Assembly (NCBI RefSeq): GCF_006345805.1
Contig: NC_043002.1
Location: forward strand, 5,084,001-5,148,000
DNA: 64,000 nt
Direction: 5' to 3'
Source of the DNA: Octopus sinensis
Taxonomy: Eukaryota
Part shown: positions 14,339-26,682 of the stretch, one piece after another
Layout of the letters: every line of letters starts with the position of its first letter
Numbering within the stretch: the stretch's first letter is position 1
Program-made: the position numbers and the translations under genes
Notes under the pieces: model-generated
The model's database searches: none
What the model saw: the letters and a program-made list of their open reading frames with translations, nothing else
Told to the model about the DNA's origin: nothing

Positions 14339-14512
14339 GTGTTTGTCCCAACTACTGCCTGACAACTAGTGTTACTTTATTAACGTCCCCGTAACTTAGC
14401 GGTTTGGCCAAAAAAAGAAGGACAGGATAAGTACTGTAGTTGATCTGTTTCACTATACCCTTCAATGCGGTGTCCCACCATAGTTGCAGTCTAAAGACTC
14501 AAAACAAGAAAA
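13422..14512 (+). mobile_element. Old SINE family B copy split by a nested foldback, microsatellites and a PLE remnant
   Basis: Head at ~13422-13560 and tail at ~14325-14512, in the same orientation and collinear with the consensus. Confidence 0.6.
14171..14250 (-). mobile_element. Penelope-like terminal remnant with a minimal hammerhead core
   Basis: CTGACGA-A-GAGC tat GCTC-GAAAC-GTC at 14203-14177; same family as the 63.8 kb copy. Confidence 0.6.
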
Positions 14513-15754
14513 TTACAAGCCTTTAGAAATAGTTTTGATGTTGAAAACAATGGAATACCAGAAGGCAATTAGTGAAAAAAGCATTGAAAAGGTAAAGAAA
14601 TATAAAAAAAAAATAATAATACAGCAAAGAAAAACAATGGGGTTGAACCCTGAGCAGCTGTGTAGACATTTTAAGGAAATGCTTTTTTATAGATTAGTTA
14701 CAGCAAGAATTTATCTTTGAAACCACAACAGTACGAAATAATTTGGCAACAGGTTTGTTTGAAACAGTCGTGGTAAATTCGCTTCCGTTAGTGATGAGAA
14801 AATATATTATTCAAGCGAGGTAAAAGACAACGAAGAAATCTTTTAGAAATTACAAGACAGAAAAAAAAAAATCCTCTGCCTCTTACTCTCTACCTAAATA
14901 CCTATTTACCTACTCATCAAGTTTGTATGAACCATAATGAATCTAGTTATAAAAAGTACGAAACCGCAAACAGACCATGGCAAAAGTGAACAGAATAACT
15001 TACTACAAGCTTCTGCAGCCTTCCCACAATTCATAGCAAACATGATGTAATAGAGACAGATTCCATTCTCCAAAATATCTATAGAATGTCGTAATATTCC
15101 TAGAATACGTGGAGGCAGATCTAATGGACTGCAATTCGGCATTTTTCTTTCGCGTATAGTTTGTCTACTTCGTTCACAGTCAGATTATTTTTGGCATGTC
15201 TTGAGAACGCTGAGATTTAGATGGAATGAAATACATTTCGCAGAGTATATTTGAGATCATAACGTAAATTTGTTCCTATCATTGTGTGTGTGTGTGTGTG
15301 TGTTCATACACACACAGACACACGCTCAAATGATTACGTATATGTATGTATGTTTATGTATACTCTTTTACTCTTTTACTTGTTTCAGTCATTTGACTGC
15401 GGCCATGCTAGAGCACCGCCTTTAGTCGAGCAAATCGACCCCGGGACTTATTCTTTGTAATCCCAGTACTTATTCTATCGGTCTCTTTTTGCCGAACCGC
15501 TAAGTATACATATATAACATTATACATACATGCATACATACATACATACATACATACATACATACTTACATACATACATACACGCGCGCGCACACGCACA
15601 TACATATATCCTTTATATACGATATACAGCCAATGACGTCACAAACTGAATATAATTTATCTAAAATGACATCCTTTGAAATTGGTTCCGAGAACTTTAA
15701 TTGAATATAAACTTATCTAACGTTACAATCTGATTATTTTTATCACATATATGT

Positions 15755-15831
<77 letters not shown>

Positions 15832-16159
15832 CACACACACATTACAATACAAAGATATAGTAGAAAACTCAAGTCGCCAAATAGTGAGACCGAATCCAAG
15901 TAGCTTCAAAAAATTCTTCTTAACCACCCTGCCATGCCAATTCACAAGAATAAGCGATGGAATAGAAATGTTGCTTTTAAATGTCGTTTGTTGTAGAGTC
16001 ATACATGCAGTGGCTATTTGTCCTTTTAGAACTCAAATGCTAATCAGAAAGTAATGAAAAAAAATTGTATTACTTTCTGACTCAGCCTCGTGTAAAACAA
16101 AGCAAAAGACCTAAGATAGACATCATAGATTTACATAAATAATAAAGTACAAACATAAT

Positions 16160-16490
16160 CCTTAAACCCCTAAAAATGTTTCAGCCCGAAGGCTGCGGCC
16201 ATGCTGGGGCACCACCGTTGAACGAGCTACACTAGTATGTGAAACCACCTCTGATACGTGGCACTTGATCAACAAGGGAGTTCGATGCCGCTGCCCGCAT
16301 CTGTGTTTCCTGCCGAGGGATAGGTTCATCTGGAACCCCTCACAAGAAGAGATCCAGTTTAGTTTAAAAAAAAACCCACATCCACACCATGCAGGTCTCA
16401 CAAGCATTTAGGAAGGATATTGAAGAGCTGTTGCAGTATCTGGTCCTGTATTTTGATGGTGATGTTGGGATCTTTGGCACCATGAAAAAA
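16160..16490 (-). mobile_element. 3' end of the same CR1-like LINE family
   Basis: Minus strand reads LDLFL*GVPDEPIPRQETQMRAAASNSLVDQ followed by the tail ggtgccccagcatggccgcagccttcgggctgaaaca; homologous to 33465-33650. Confidence 0.7.
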
Positions 16491-16812
16491 ACCCCAAACA
16501 AAATTAACTGAACGTAGAAGTATCGAATATGTTCAATTCATCTAAGCAATTCTCTGATTGATTTCTCACTCAAATTACATACAGCACTTAAGCTGTCCTC
16601 TAAATTAATTTCTGACGGAATTGTTAGAACGCCGGGCAAAATGCTTCGCGGCATTTCGTCCGTCTTCACGTTCTGAATTCAAATTCCGCCGAGGTCAACT
16701 TTGCCTTTCATCCTTTCGGAGTCGATAAAATAAGTAACAGTTGAGTACTAGAGTCAATATAATCGACTATCCTCTCCCCCAAATTTCAGGCCTAGTGCTT
16801 ATAGTAAAAAGG

Positions 16813-16875
<63 letters not shown>

Positions 16876-17088
16876 TAGTTTTATTTTTATAGCGTGCTTT
16901 CACTTCACTACCGAGCGCAGCTCTGTGTGCCTTGGGTATGTGCTGTGATTTGTTGTGATGCTCTGATGGTTACTGTATTGATGTATGCAGTGCCCAGTAG
17001 TGCAATTTTCTGTATGTTATATATATTTATTAGTCCTGGTGTTTTTGTTATGTATTTATTATTATTATTACTATTATTATTATTATTA

Positions 17089-17122
<34 letters not shown>

Positions 17123-17247
17123 GGTCGTCTTCTTGTAGTCAAGGGCTCTTCGTTGACGCCCGACACCACTGGGAGGTGGCCCTCGAAGTCGCTGGAAATG
17201 GAGATCTCCAGGTCCAAATTTTTGGACGGCTCCTGCTGCTGCTGCTG

Positions 17248-17307
<60 letters not shown>

Positions 17308-17861
17308 GCACAAGAGCTAAAATTCCTCAGTGTTACCTACGAGTAGAGATCAGAGTGCGAAGCTGAGCTACGCATTTGGAGGGCAATATCGCTGCTCTTT
17401 TTTTGCTGTCGTTGATATAATTTAGTGCCAGACCATCAGTGATCGAGCGGACCCATAACTAAAGACGTTCCAACAACGACCATCCCGCTTTTAATTCAGA
17501 GGCGACGCATCTTCTAGGACTACATTATCCAGTGCCCCCCCCCTACTCCGCGCCCTACTATTAAAATAATAACGTGTAATTAAAATGGTACGTTGTAATT
17601 TGAAAGAGGTTTGGGTGTTATTTCTAGCAGGTCAACACACAATGTAGAGGCTCCCTCGTTGGCACGACCGACAAACCTGTTTGGCGTAAGGCCATAAAAA
17701 TCTGAAAACCGAAACAGCATCGTGTGTTTAGCTTTCAAAATGTTTGCCTTTGCCCTAAGCTCGACAGCTACAAAGCAGCAAACAGCCTACATGAAAAAGG
17801 CAGCATTTAACATCTGGATATTTAAATGCGGTCTGACATATAGGTTTTTGTGTGCACTTAT

Positions 17862-17950
17862 ACATTGGTCGCACGAAAGCTATCAGGAATATCACTTTAG
17901 TTAATTGGACTAATTGAGATATATCACTCGCTTTTCATGCGAACCAATAT
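17862..17950. mobile_element. Small mariner-like MITE
   Basis: attggtcgcacgaaag ... cttttcatgcgaaccaat imperfect terminal inverted repeats. Confidence 0.45.
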
Positions 17951-18217
17951 CACGTCACAACAAGAGAAAGAGGCATTTGGGGAGAGAGAGTGAGAGAGAG
18001 AAGGAGAAAGAAAGAGTTAGAGAGCAAGGCAGCAAGGGAGAGAGAGAGAGAGAGAAGGAATGAGTAAGGCGGGAAGACCGAAGGAAAGAGTTAGAGAGCA
18101 GGGGAAGAAAGAGAGAACTTGATAGAAAAGATGGAGACAGAGGGAGAGAGGGAGGAAGAAAGAGTAAGAGAGCAAGAGAAAGAGAAGAGACAGAGAGAAA
18201 GATTAAGAGAAAGAGAA

Positions 18218-18265
<48 letters not shown>

Positions 18266-18417
18266 TTGGAAAGCAAAAGACTGGTGGTGGGGGAAAAGAG
18301 AAAGTTTGAGAGTAAGAAAGAAAGAGAGCAAGACAAAGAGAAGGAAAAAGAGAGAGATTTAGAGAGTTTGAGAGCAAGAAAGAAAGAGGGGGAGAGAGAG
18401 AGAAAGGGAGAGGGAAG

Positions 18418-18468
<51 letters not shown>

Positions 18469-19367
18469 AGGGAAGGGCAATGTAAAATAAAACAAACTAA
18501 AATCCACTTCCGATAAAGAAAATCTCCAAGCAAAATCAATTATATATCGGAAACCATAAAAACATAGAAACGAAAGACAAGTTCAGGCACAAATAACGAA
18601 AATATCCACCCCCATCGGAAGAAAAAATGAATAAACAGCGGTGGTATTTAATACAATAAATTCCTGGCGATCTTTGAGACGTAAAGGTTTTTGACATCGA
18701 TACGTATTTGTTCCTGTCACCATAGAATAAGAACGATAGCAATTAACAATCATTATTTATATATGTCTCTTCATCGGTTTGATCGAATTGTGTAGAAATG
18801 TCAGCAATGATCGCGCCACACCTGACATTTACCATCCATGTTTGTGTAGAAGGCTGAGACACAATAAAGACGTACGAACATTAGGCTGAGATGTAAGAGG
18901 TTGGTACCCGGTTGCTACCGCTGATCGAGAAGATTTTTGTTGAAAGTAATTTCGGTCGTGACCATCCAGTCTTTTACTTATAGGCATCAACCAAAGACAA
19001 CTTTTTTTAAAACAGATTTTTAAAATACGGTAAAGTATGATTCGAGGGAGATTTGGCTACAGTTTCTAGCAGGTCTAGACCACTAGAGGCTCAGCATAGT
19101 TGTTGCTGTAAACCCGTTTGCTTATACCTTGTTCTATAGCACTTGCTTTCATGCCAAAGGACTTAATATTAGTTTATCTAATACAGGGAACAAAATCCTT
19201 ATGTATTGTTTAGTTCGAACAAACCCGAGAAAAAAACATTCCAGCCTTGATCACTCCAGTCTGTTTAGGGGTAGCTATATCAACATTGTCTAATGTCTTG
19301 AGAGAAATTTGATCGGTATTGCTGGTCAAGCAACTTAGTAGAGGCTCCATCTTTGGCCTATAACTTA

Positions 19368-19557
19368 AAAGGGGGCACTGAAAAGTTCCTGGTTTTAAGG
19401 GTGTTGCGAAAGGCCCGGTTGGAGGCTTAACCTTCCGAGTTCTTTTAAAGGGCTTAGAAAAACTGAAGGACCGCTGCAACAAGTGTGTGAATCTGAGAGG
19501 GGAATATCTTGAATAAAATCATAATTAATTGATCCTCCTTTTCAGCATCCCCTCGTA
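19368..19557 (+). mobile_element. Mariner-derived MITE / internal deletion derivative
   Basis: gggggcactgaaaagttcc...tttttcagcatcccctcgta termini; internal GLEKLKDRCNKCVNLRGEYLE* resembles a mariner C-terminus. Confidence 0.65.
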
Positions 19558-20217
19558 TGACACTCAGCTTTTTTTCCCGACAATGATTCCATTAAAAAAT
19601 CTGTTCATTCCGTAAATTTTATGGTGATATGTAGAGTGTATTTCAAGGCAGATTCTTCTGATATTTTCCAGCACACCAACGAACATTGGTTGGCTTTACA
19701 GGAGGTTTTCAAAGTGAGATAGAAGAGTACTATTTGAACTAGTTCAGAGCTACAACGGAACGCTTGCAGCAGAATGTAACCTCTTTGTACGAATAATAAT
19801 CCTTTGTCTTTGAATTGTACGTCTTTCTCCTAGTAACAATATACAATGTCTTCATTTCTTCAACAAAGCCTGAAATTTTGGGAGGCGGGGGGGGGGGGCG
19901 ACTAGTCGATTACATCATCCTTAGTATTCAACCGATACTTATTTTATTGATCCCGAAAGGATGAAAGATTAAGTTGACCGCGGTGAAATTTGAACTCAGA
20001 ACGTAATGGCAGACGAAATACGGCTACGCATCTCGCCCGGCGTGCTAACGTTTCTGCCAGCTCACCGCCTTAATAATAATAATAATAATGATCATGATGA
20101 TGATGAACTGGTATGTTCTTTGGTTCTCGCTCAGCTTCGACTGAGCAGACTTATGATCAGAGATGTTCCCGCTTTGTTTAATTAAAGTGTATTAAGGACA
20201 AGAGTGTACACTCATTT

Positions 20218-21350
20218 TGACCGAACTGCAGTCGTGGATCAAAAAGAGGCCGAGGAAGGGCGAATGGCACCGCGAGTGTCGCGTTGCTCTCAAGCAACTC
20301 TGCCGTCCTGGGTCGACCTTAAGTGACTTCAACACAACCAAAGCATTCTATAGGGGTTTAGTGGAGGGGAGGTACGACGACGAGCTCGGGGCGAACCTGG
20401 ACGTCGACGAGGAGTACCTGACCCGCCTGTTCGGGACGACTTTCGGGCCAGGGCCCATGGACAACTTCCAGAGATCCCTGGCCGGCAGTGCTACCGAGAA
20501 GCGCTACCCGTTCGGGATAAGCTCTACAGACACGGCTCGAGAAACACGGGGCCGACCTGCCCGAGATGCGGTCAGAGCGACGAAACCGTTCTGCACGCAC
20601 TCGTTCAGTGTCCAACAATTTCCGACTGTGGGCTTATGTCGAACAACTGCTGTCACGTGTGGGACGAGTCGGTTTATCAGCTGAGTCTATCGTCATATTG
20701 TCACGCCTCCTTCTTCAAACGGGAAGGAAGAGCTATTTCATCATCCTTGTGGCTATGGCGAAAGAATGTATCTGGTGGACGCGTCTGAAAGGATTGGAGA
20801 CAAACACTTTCCTCTCTGGTCAATCTCTCATCAACTTCTTCAAGTACCACTTGAAAAGGAAAGTGAGAGTAGAGAGGCAAGTTTTGTCTAGCGAATGTTT
20901 AAAAAAAGATGGGTGAATGTAGCAAGAATGGCACGTATGAATGACGAAGCCACCTTGAGCATAGTCCTATGAACCCAGAAATCGAAAACAGAGAGTTGCT
21001 TATTTGCAAAAAAAAAAAAAAAAAAAGAAATATAAAATGTGACTTCATTGACCGAGGTTACCGTGGTCTTTTCCGTAGGCGCTTTTCCACGGGTAAACCT
21101 CACCTGTCCTCCCCTTTACACTTCATATTGACATTTCTGTGATAACGATCCCTATTGATCAATTTTTTTTTCCTCTCCCCCCTTTTTTTTTTTTAAACCC
21201 CCCTTTTTTTGTCCTCTTTCTTCTTTTACGATCCCTTTTGATCGAACTCCCCCTTCCTATTTTTCTTTTTTTTTTTTTAAACCTTCAAAAGAAAAGCTCT
21301 ACCTTGTAATTTGTTCTATCTGTGGGCAGCCCTGTGTGCTAATAAAGAAA
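20218..21350 (+). mobile_element. Tx1/L1-clade LINE, 5'-truncated copy 1 (ORF2 C-terminus + 3' UTR)
   Basis: Frameshifted ORF2 end with the zinc-knuckle CPRCGQSDETVLHALVQC and ...YHLKRKVRVERQVLS. T-rich 3' UTR ending ctaataaagaaa, followed by (TCTA)n. Confidence 0.85.
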
Positions 21351-21360
21351 AAATCAATCG

Positions 21361-21416
<56 letters not shown>

Positions 21417-21441
21417 GTCTGTCTATCTATCTATCTACCCG

Positions 21442-21477
<36 letters not shown>

Positions 21478-21570
21478 CTATCTATCTATCTATCTATCTA
21501 TCTATATATCTATCTATCTATCTATCTGTCTGTCTATCTATCTATCTACCCGTCTATCTATCTATCTATC

Positions 21571-22924
21571 TTTCGCTTCTTGTGGAAAGGAGTGTCCCGA
21601 TGGTCAGGCGATCCATTTGCTGTCAACACCCGTTAAAAGGAGGGGCTGGCATGCAGTGGTTGATGATGCGCAGACACGCGCTGAGACTGCGACATCTCTG
21701 GCTCTATGTAGACGACGGTGAACAGGTGTGGTCGCCGTTTGTGAGGCACGCTTTCCCGCAGCTCGTCTCCATGACGAACTGCAGTCGTGGATCAAAAAGA
21801 GGCCGAGGAAAGGGTGACGAATGGGCACGCGAGTGTCGCGTTGCTCTCAAGCAACTCTGCCGTCCTGGGTCGACCTTTAAGTGACTTCAACACAACCAAA
21901 GCATTCTATAGGGGTTTAGTGGGGGGAGGTACGACGACGAGCTCGGGGCGAACCTGGGCGTCGACGAGGAGTACCTGACCGCCTTGTTCGGGACGACTTT
22001 CGGGCCAGGGCCCATGGACAACTTCAGAGATCCCTGGCCTGGCAGTGCTACCGAGAAGCGCTACCCGTTCGGGATAAGCTCTACAGACACGGCTCGAGAA
22101 ACACGGGGCCGACCTGCCCGAGATGCGGTCAGAGCGACGAAACCGTTCTGCACGCACTCGTTCAGTGTCCAACAATTTCACGACTGTGGGCTTATGTCGA
22201 ACAAACTGCTGTCACGTGTGGGACGAGTCGGTTTATAGCTGAGTCTATCGTCAATATTGTCACGCCTCCTTCCTTCAAACGGGAAGGAAGAGCTATTTTC
22301 ATCATCCTTGTGGCTATGGCGAACGAAAGAATGTATCTGGTGGACGCGTCTGAAAGGATTGGAGACAAACACTTTCCTCTCTGGTCAATCTCTCATCAAC
22401 TTCTTCAAGTACACTTGAAAAGGAAAGTGAGAGTAGAGAGGCAAGTTTTGTCTAGCGAATGTGAAAAAAAGAGGGGTGAATGTAGCAAAGAATGGCACGT
22501 ATGAATGACGAGCCACCTTGAGCTAGTCCTATGAACCAGAAATCGAAAACAGAGAGTTGCGATTTGCAAAAAAAAAAAAAAAAAAAGAAATATAAAACGT
22601 GACTTCATTTGACCGAGGTTACCGTGGTCTTTTCCGCAGGCTTTTCTTTCCAGGGTAAACCTCACCTGTCCTCCCTTTACACTTCATATTGACATTCTGT
22701 GATAACGATCCCTATTGATCTTTTTTTCTTCCCCCCCCCTTTTTTTTTTTTTTTTTTTTTTGTAACCCCCCTTATTTTTGTCCTCTTTCTCTCCTTTACG
22801 ATCCTTTTGATCGAACCGCCCCCTCCTTTTTTTTTTTTTTTTTTTTTTAATACCTTCAAAGAAAAGCTTACCTTGTAATTTGTTCTATCTGTGTGCAAAA
22901 GGGGCTGTGTGGCTAATAAAGAAA
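21571..22924 (+). mobile_element. Tx1/L1-clade LINE, copy 2 (longer 5' extent), flanked on both sides by (TCTA)n
   Basis: Begins FRFLWKG...[30 protein letters not shown] (typical post-RT motif), then matches copy 1 through the tail. Confidence 0.85.
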
Positions 22925-22926
22925 CA

Positions 22927-22979
<53 letters not shown>

Positions 22980-22985
22980 GTCTAT

Positions 22986-23058
<73 letters not shown>

Positions 23059-23117
23059 GTCTGGTCTGTCTGTTCTTCTATTCTATCTATTATCTTATCT
23101 ATCTATCTATCTGTCTG

Positions 23118-23148
<31 letters not shown>

Positions 23149-23161
23149 GTCTGTCTGTCAC

Positions 23162-23255
<94 letters not shown>

Positions 23256-23270
23256 CACAGTCATACAGAC

Positions 23271-23305
<35 letters not shown>

Positions 23306-23325
23306 GTGAGTGAGAAAGAGTGAGT

Positions 23326-23375
<50 letters not shown>

Positions 23376-23730
23376 GACAGAGAGTTTAATGTGTGTGTGT
23401 GCGTGCATGTGTGTGCGTGCATGTGTGTGAGTGGTTCTTAGTTGGTTTCGATGATGAGTGCTTGAGCTGTCCGCTCAAAGGAGTGGCCTAATCGTCGAGT
23501 TAGTGTGTAAGTGGCTGGGTATTCCGCAGAGACATGTATCCTTAATGAATCATATATATATGATTTGTATGTATTAGGCACAACATCTCAAATGAAGCGA
23601 TTCATTACATTTGTAAGTAAAGATTTATTTTGAATATATTGATATTACACATCTACACCATTGTACTGTGCACCGACTCTCCTATCATAACTTCTTAGTT
23701 CCCCCCTCAGCTTTAAATCTTTTTGCTCTT

Positions 23731-23769
<39 letters not shown>

Positions 23770-24074
23770 ATCTCGCTTTGACCTCGTAATCCCGTTTTTC
23801 TTTGCTTTTTGTCTTTTCTCTTTTTTTTCTTGTTTTAACATTTTTCTTCTTTTTGCTCTTTTTCGTCCTTTGTCTTTGAATTGTATGCTTTTCTCCTTGT
23901 ATCGATATACAATGTCTTCGTTTCATGAATAGAATTAGTTGCCAGCAAGTTGAAACACACTGGTAAATTGTAAGGAAACAGCAAAGAAAAGGAACCTAAT
24001 TTTTAATACTGAGTTCTATACATAAATGGGAGTTCTACAGTCGTATCATAAGAACATACATATATATAAATATA

Positions 24075-24106
<32 letters not shown>

Positions 24107-24149
24107 CTATTATATATATATATATATGATATATATATACACATACACA

Positions 24150-25419
24150 CGAGGGGTGTTCATTAAAGGTTTCCCCCGACCCACTTCCCAAGGACTGGGA
24201 TAAACGAAACTTGGCATAATTTTTAGTCCTTCTCTACACGGCCATCACCAATGGTGACACACTTCTTCCATCGCTTTATGCAGCTGTGAAGATCTCGCCT
24301 GCAGAAGTCGTAGGTTGTGTTTAGAGACAAGACTTTATCTCGGAAATAAGTTCATCATCATCCGAAAAGTGCTTCTCCTTCAAAAAAGACTTCATCTTTG
24401 GAAAGAGGTGGAAGCCAGATGGTGCGAGGTCGGGAGAGTAAGGGGGATGAGGAAGGATTTCATAGCCGCAAGAGTGCGCTTTCATCTGGGCAACATATGC
24501 TTTGTGAACTGGGGCGTTGTCTTGGAGGAGGCCAACTTCTTTGGTCAGCATGCCACGTCTCTCTGCTTTGACGGTGTCCCGCAATTTCTGCAGCAGAGAA
24601 GCAAAATATACCCAATAAATTGTGGTTCCCTTTGCCAGAAAATCCATCATCACTACTCCGCGCTGGTCCCAAAAGACTGTGAGCATCATCTTGCCTGTTG
24701 AAGGTTGGACACGAGCCTTCTTTAAAGGTGGTGTGTTATCATACTTCCATTGCTTCGACTGGACTTTAGTCTCAGGAACATAGCGATGGACCCATGTTTC
24801 ATCCTGTGTGATAAGTCTGTCGATTTCTTGGCACTCTGCCAAAAGAGCCTTGGAGCAATTGACTCATTCCTGCTGCCGAAAAGGTGTGAACATCCAGGGA
24901 ATCCATCGTGCAGACAACTTCCGCATGTTCAAATAGCTGTGAATGATTTTTTCACGGACCCTAACTTATTTTCACTTCTTGGGCTAGTTGCCGAATAGTT
25001 ATTTGGTGATCTTCCAAAGTAGCAGCTTCCACTTTATGGATGGTGTCGTCATCAATGGCGGAATGCGGTCGTCCAGGAATAGGAGCAATTTCCACCGATG
25101 TCCGACCACATTTGAACTGGTGATGCCAGTACTTGACTACATCGTATGATAGTCACCATAAACTTCTTTCATCTCATTGAAAGTCTCTTTTCGTGTACGA
25201 CCTTTCAAGCATAAGGACCTGATCGCTGATCTGCATTCAATTGCCTCCATTATAACACCTTAGTCCACTTCAGCAGCCGTAAAATACACACAAATACAAG
25301 TGGAAAGCTGAAATTTACAACGTGACATGTAGAGACATGCATGATTATAACTGTTACAAGTTCCGTTTCTTGCAATGACCGGAAGTGGATCAGAGGAAAT
25401 CTTTAATGAACGCCCCTCG
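24150..25419 (-). mobile_element. Full-length decayed mariner transposon (~1.27 kb)
   Basis: ~40-bp terminal inverted repeats (TIRs) cgagggg(t/c)gttcattaaag...ccacttcc at both ends, enclosing a transposase remnant. Confidence 0.92.
24223..25250 (-). pseudogene. Mariner D,D34D transposase pseudogene
   Basis: MEAIECRSAIRSLCLKG... start, TQDETWV, LLQDNAPVH and HPPYSPDLAPSGFHLF (third catalytic D replaced by G), ending ...EKD*. Internal stop and frameshifts. Confidence 0.88.
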
Positions 25420-25734
25420 TGTGTGGTGTGTGTGCGTGCATGCGTGCGTGTGGATGAATATGTATATATATAATATATATTAATATCATTAATCATTAAT
25501 ATCAATAGGGTGGCAAAAAAAATTTTGTATTTTTTTTTTTTTTTTTTTTTTTGCCACCAGCGGCCTAGTGGGAAAAAATTAAATAGTCAATAGACCATTT
25601 TTAAGTTCAACATCAACAATCAAGGAACGCCCATAATAGGCCATTCACCCACTAGAAATAACAGCCAAAGCTTCAACCGCAAATAAAAGTCCATTCCGTA
25701 AACAGGAGAAAATTTAAAAAACATTTACCCTGTA

Positions 25735-25840
25735 ATTTCTTATACGATGCACGTTTCATCTGCTGTTTAATGGTAAACTAACCTGATTAAATTAAATCAA
25801 GCCAATCTTCCATAGGCCCTCAGATTCTTCAGTAAGAAAT
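25735..25840 (-). ncRNA. Type I hammerhead ribozyme motif (unit 1, sense to the host gene)
   Basis: Same fold, with stem III one base shorter (CGTGCATCG); predicted cleavage between 25743 and 25742. Confidence 0.7.
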
Positions 25841-26244
25841 AGCCACAAGTCGGAACAGATATTTTCACGAGGCATTTCCGACCCTGCCAAGGTAATATCT
25901 GACCTAAAATTTTCAAATCATCGCACTCGCGCCAAATTTATCGGCAGCAAATAAATATAAGCCGTCGATTCCATTACGGAATTAACCAGAAAATTCATAA
26001 TTAATCAATATAGGGTGGCAAAAAAAATTTTGTAGAATTTTTTTTTTTTTTTTTTTTTATTTTGCCACCAGCGGCCTAGTGGGAAAAAATTAAATAGTCA
26101 TAGACCATTTTTAAGTTCAACATCAACAATCAAGGAACGGCCATAATAGGCCATTCACCCACTAGAAATAACAGCCAAAGCTTCAACCGCAAATAAAAGT
26201 CAATTCCGTAAACAGGAGAAAATTTAAAAAACATTTACCCTGTA

Positions 26245-26350
26245 ATTTCTTATACGATGCACCGTTTCATCTGCTGTTTAATGGTAAACTAACCTGATTA
26301 AATAAATCAAGCCAATCTTCCATAGGCCCTCAGATTCTTCAGTAAGAAAT
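26245..26350 (-). ncRNA. Type I hammerhead ribozyme motif (unit 2, sense to the host gene)
   Basis: Reverse complement of the 26577-26682 motif; predicted cleavage between 26253 and 26252. Confidence 0.8.
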
Positions 26351-26576
26351 AGCCACAAAAAAAAAAAAAAAAAAAAAATTCTACAAAATTTTTTTTTTGC
26401 CACCCTATATTGATTAATTATGAATTTTCTGGTTAATTCCGTAATGGAATCGACGGCTTTATAATTTATGCTGCCGATAAAATTGGCGCGAGTGCGATGA
26501 TTTGAAAATTTTAGGTCAGATATTACCTTGGCAGGGTCGAAATGCCTCGTGAAAATATCTGTTCCGACTTGTGGCT

Positions 26577-26682
26577 ATTTCTTACTGAAGAATCTGAGGG
26601 CCTATGGAAGATTGGCTTGATTTAATTTAATCAGGTTAGTTACCATTAAACAGCAGATGAAACGGTGCATCGTATAAGAAAT
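26577..26682 (+). ncRNA. Type I hammerhead ribozyme motif (inverted copy)
   Basis: Stem I ATTTCTTA/TAAGAAAT (8 bp). Core CTGAAGA at 26585-91. Stem II ATCTG...CAGAT enclosing ~57 nt. GAAA at 26659-62. Short stem III CGGTGCATCG. GUA cleavage triplet at 26672-74. Confidence 0.8.

Noticed and set aside
14906-15142. Cys-containing minus-strand ORF as an extra Ly6 exon
   Set aside because: The LU domain is already complete with 10 Cys, and no phase-1 acceptor/donor pair keeps it open.
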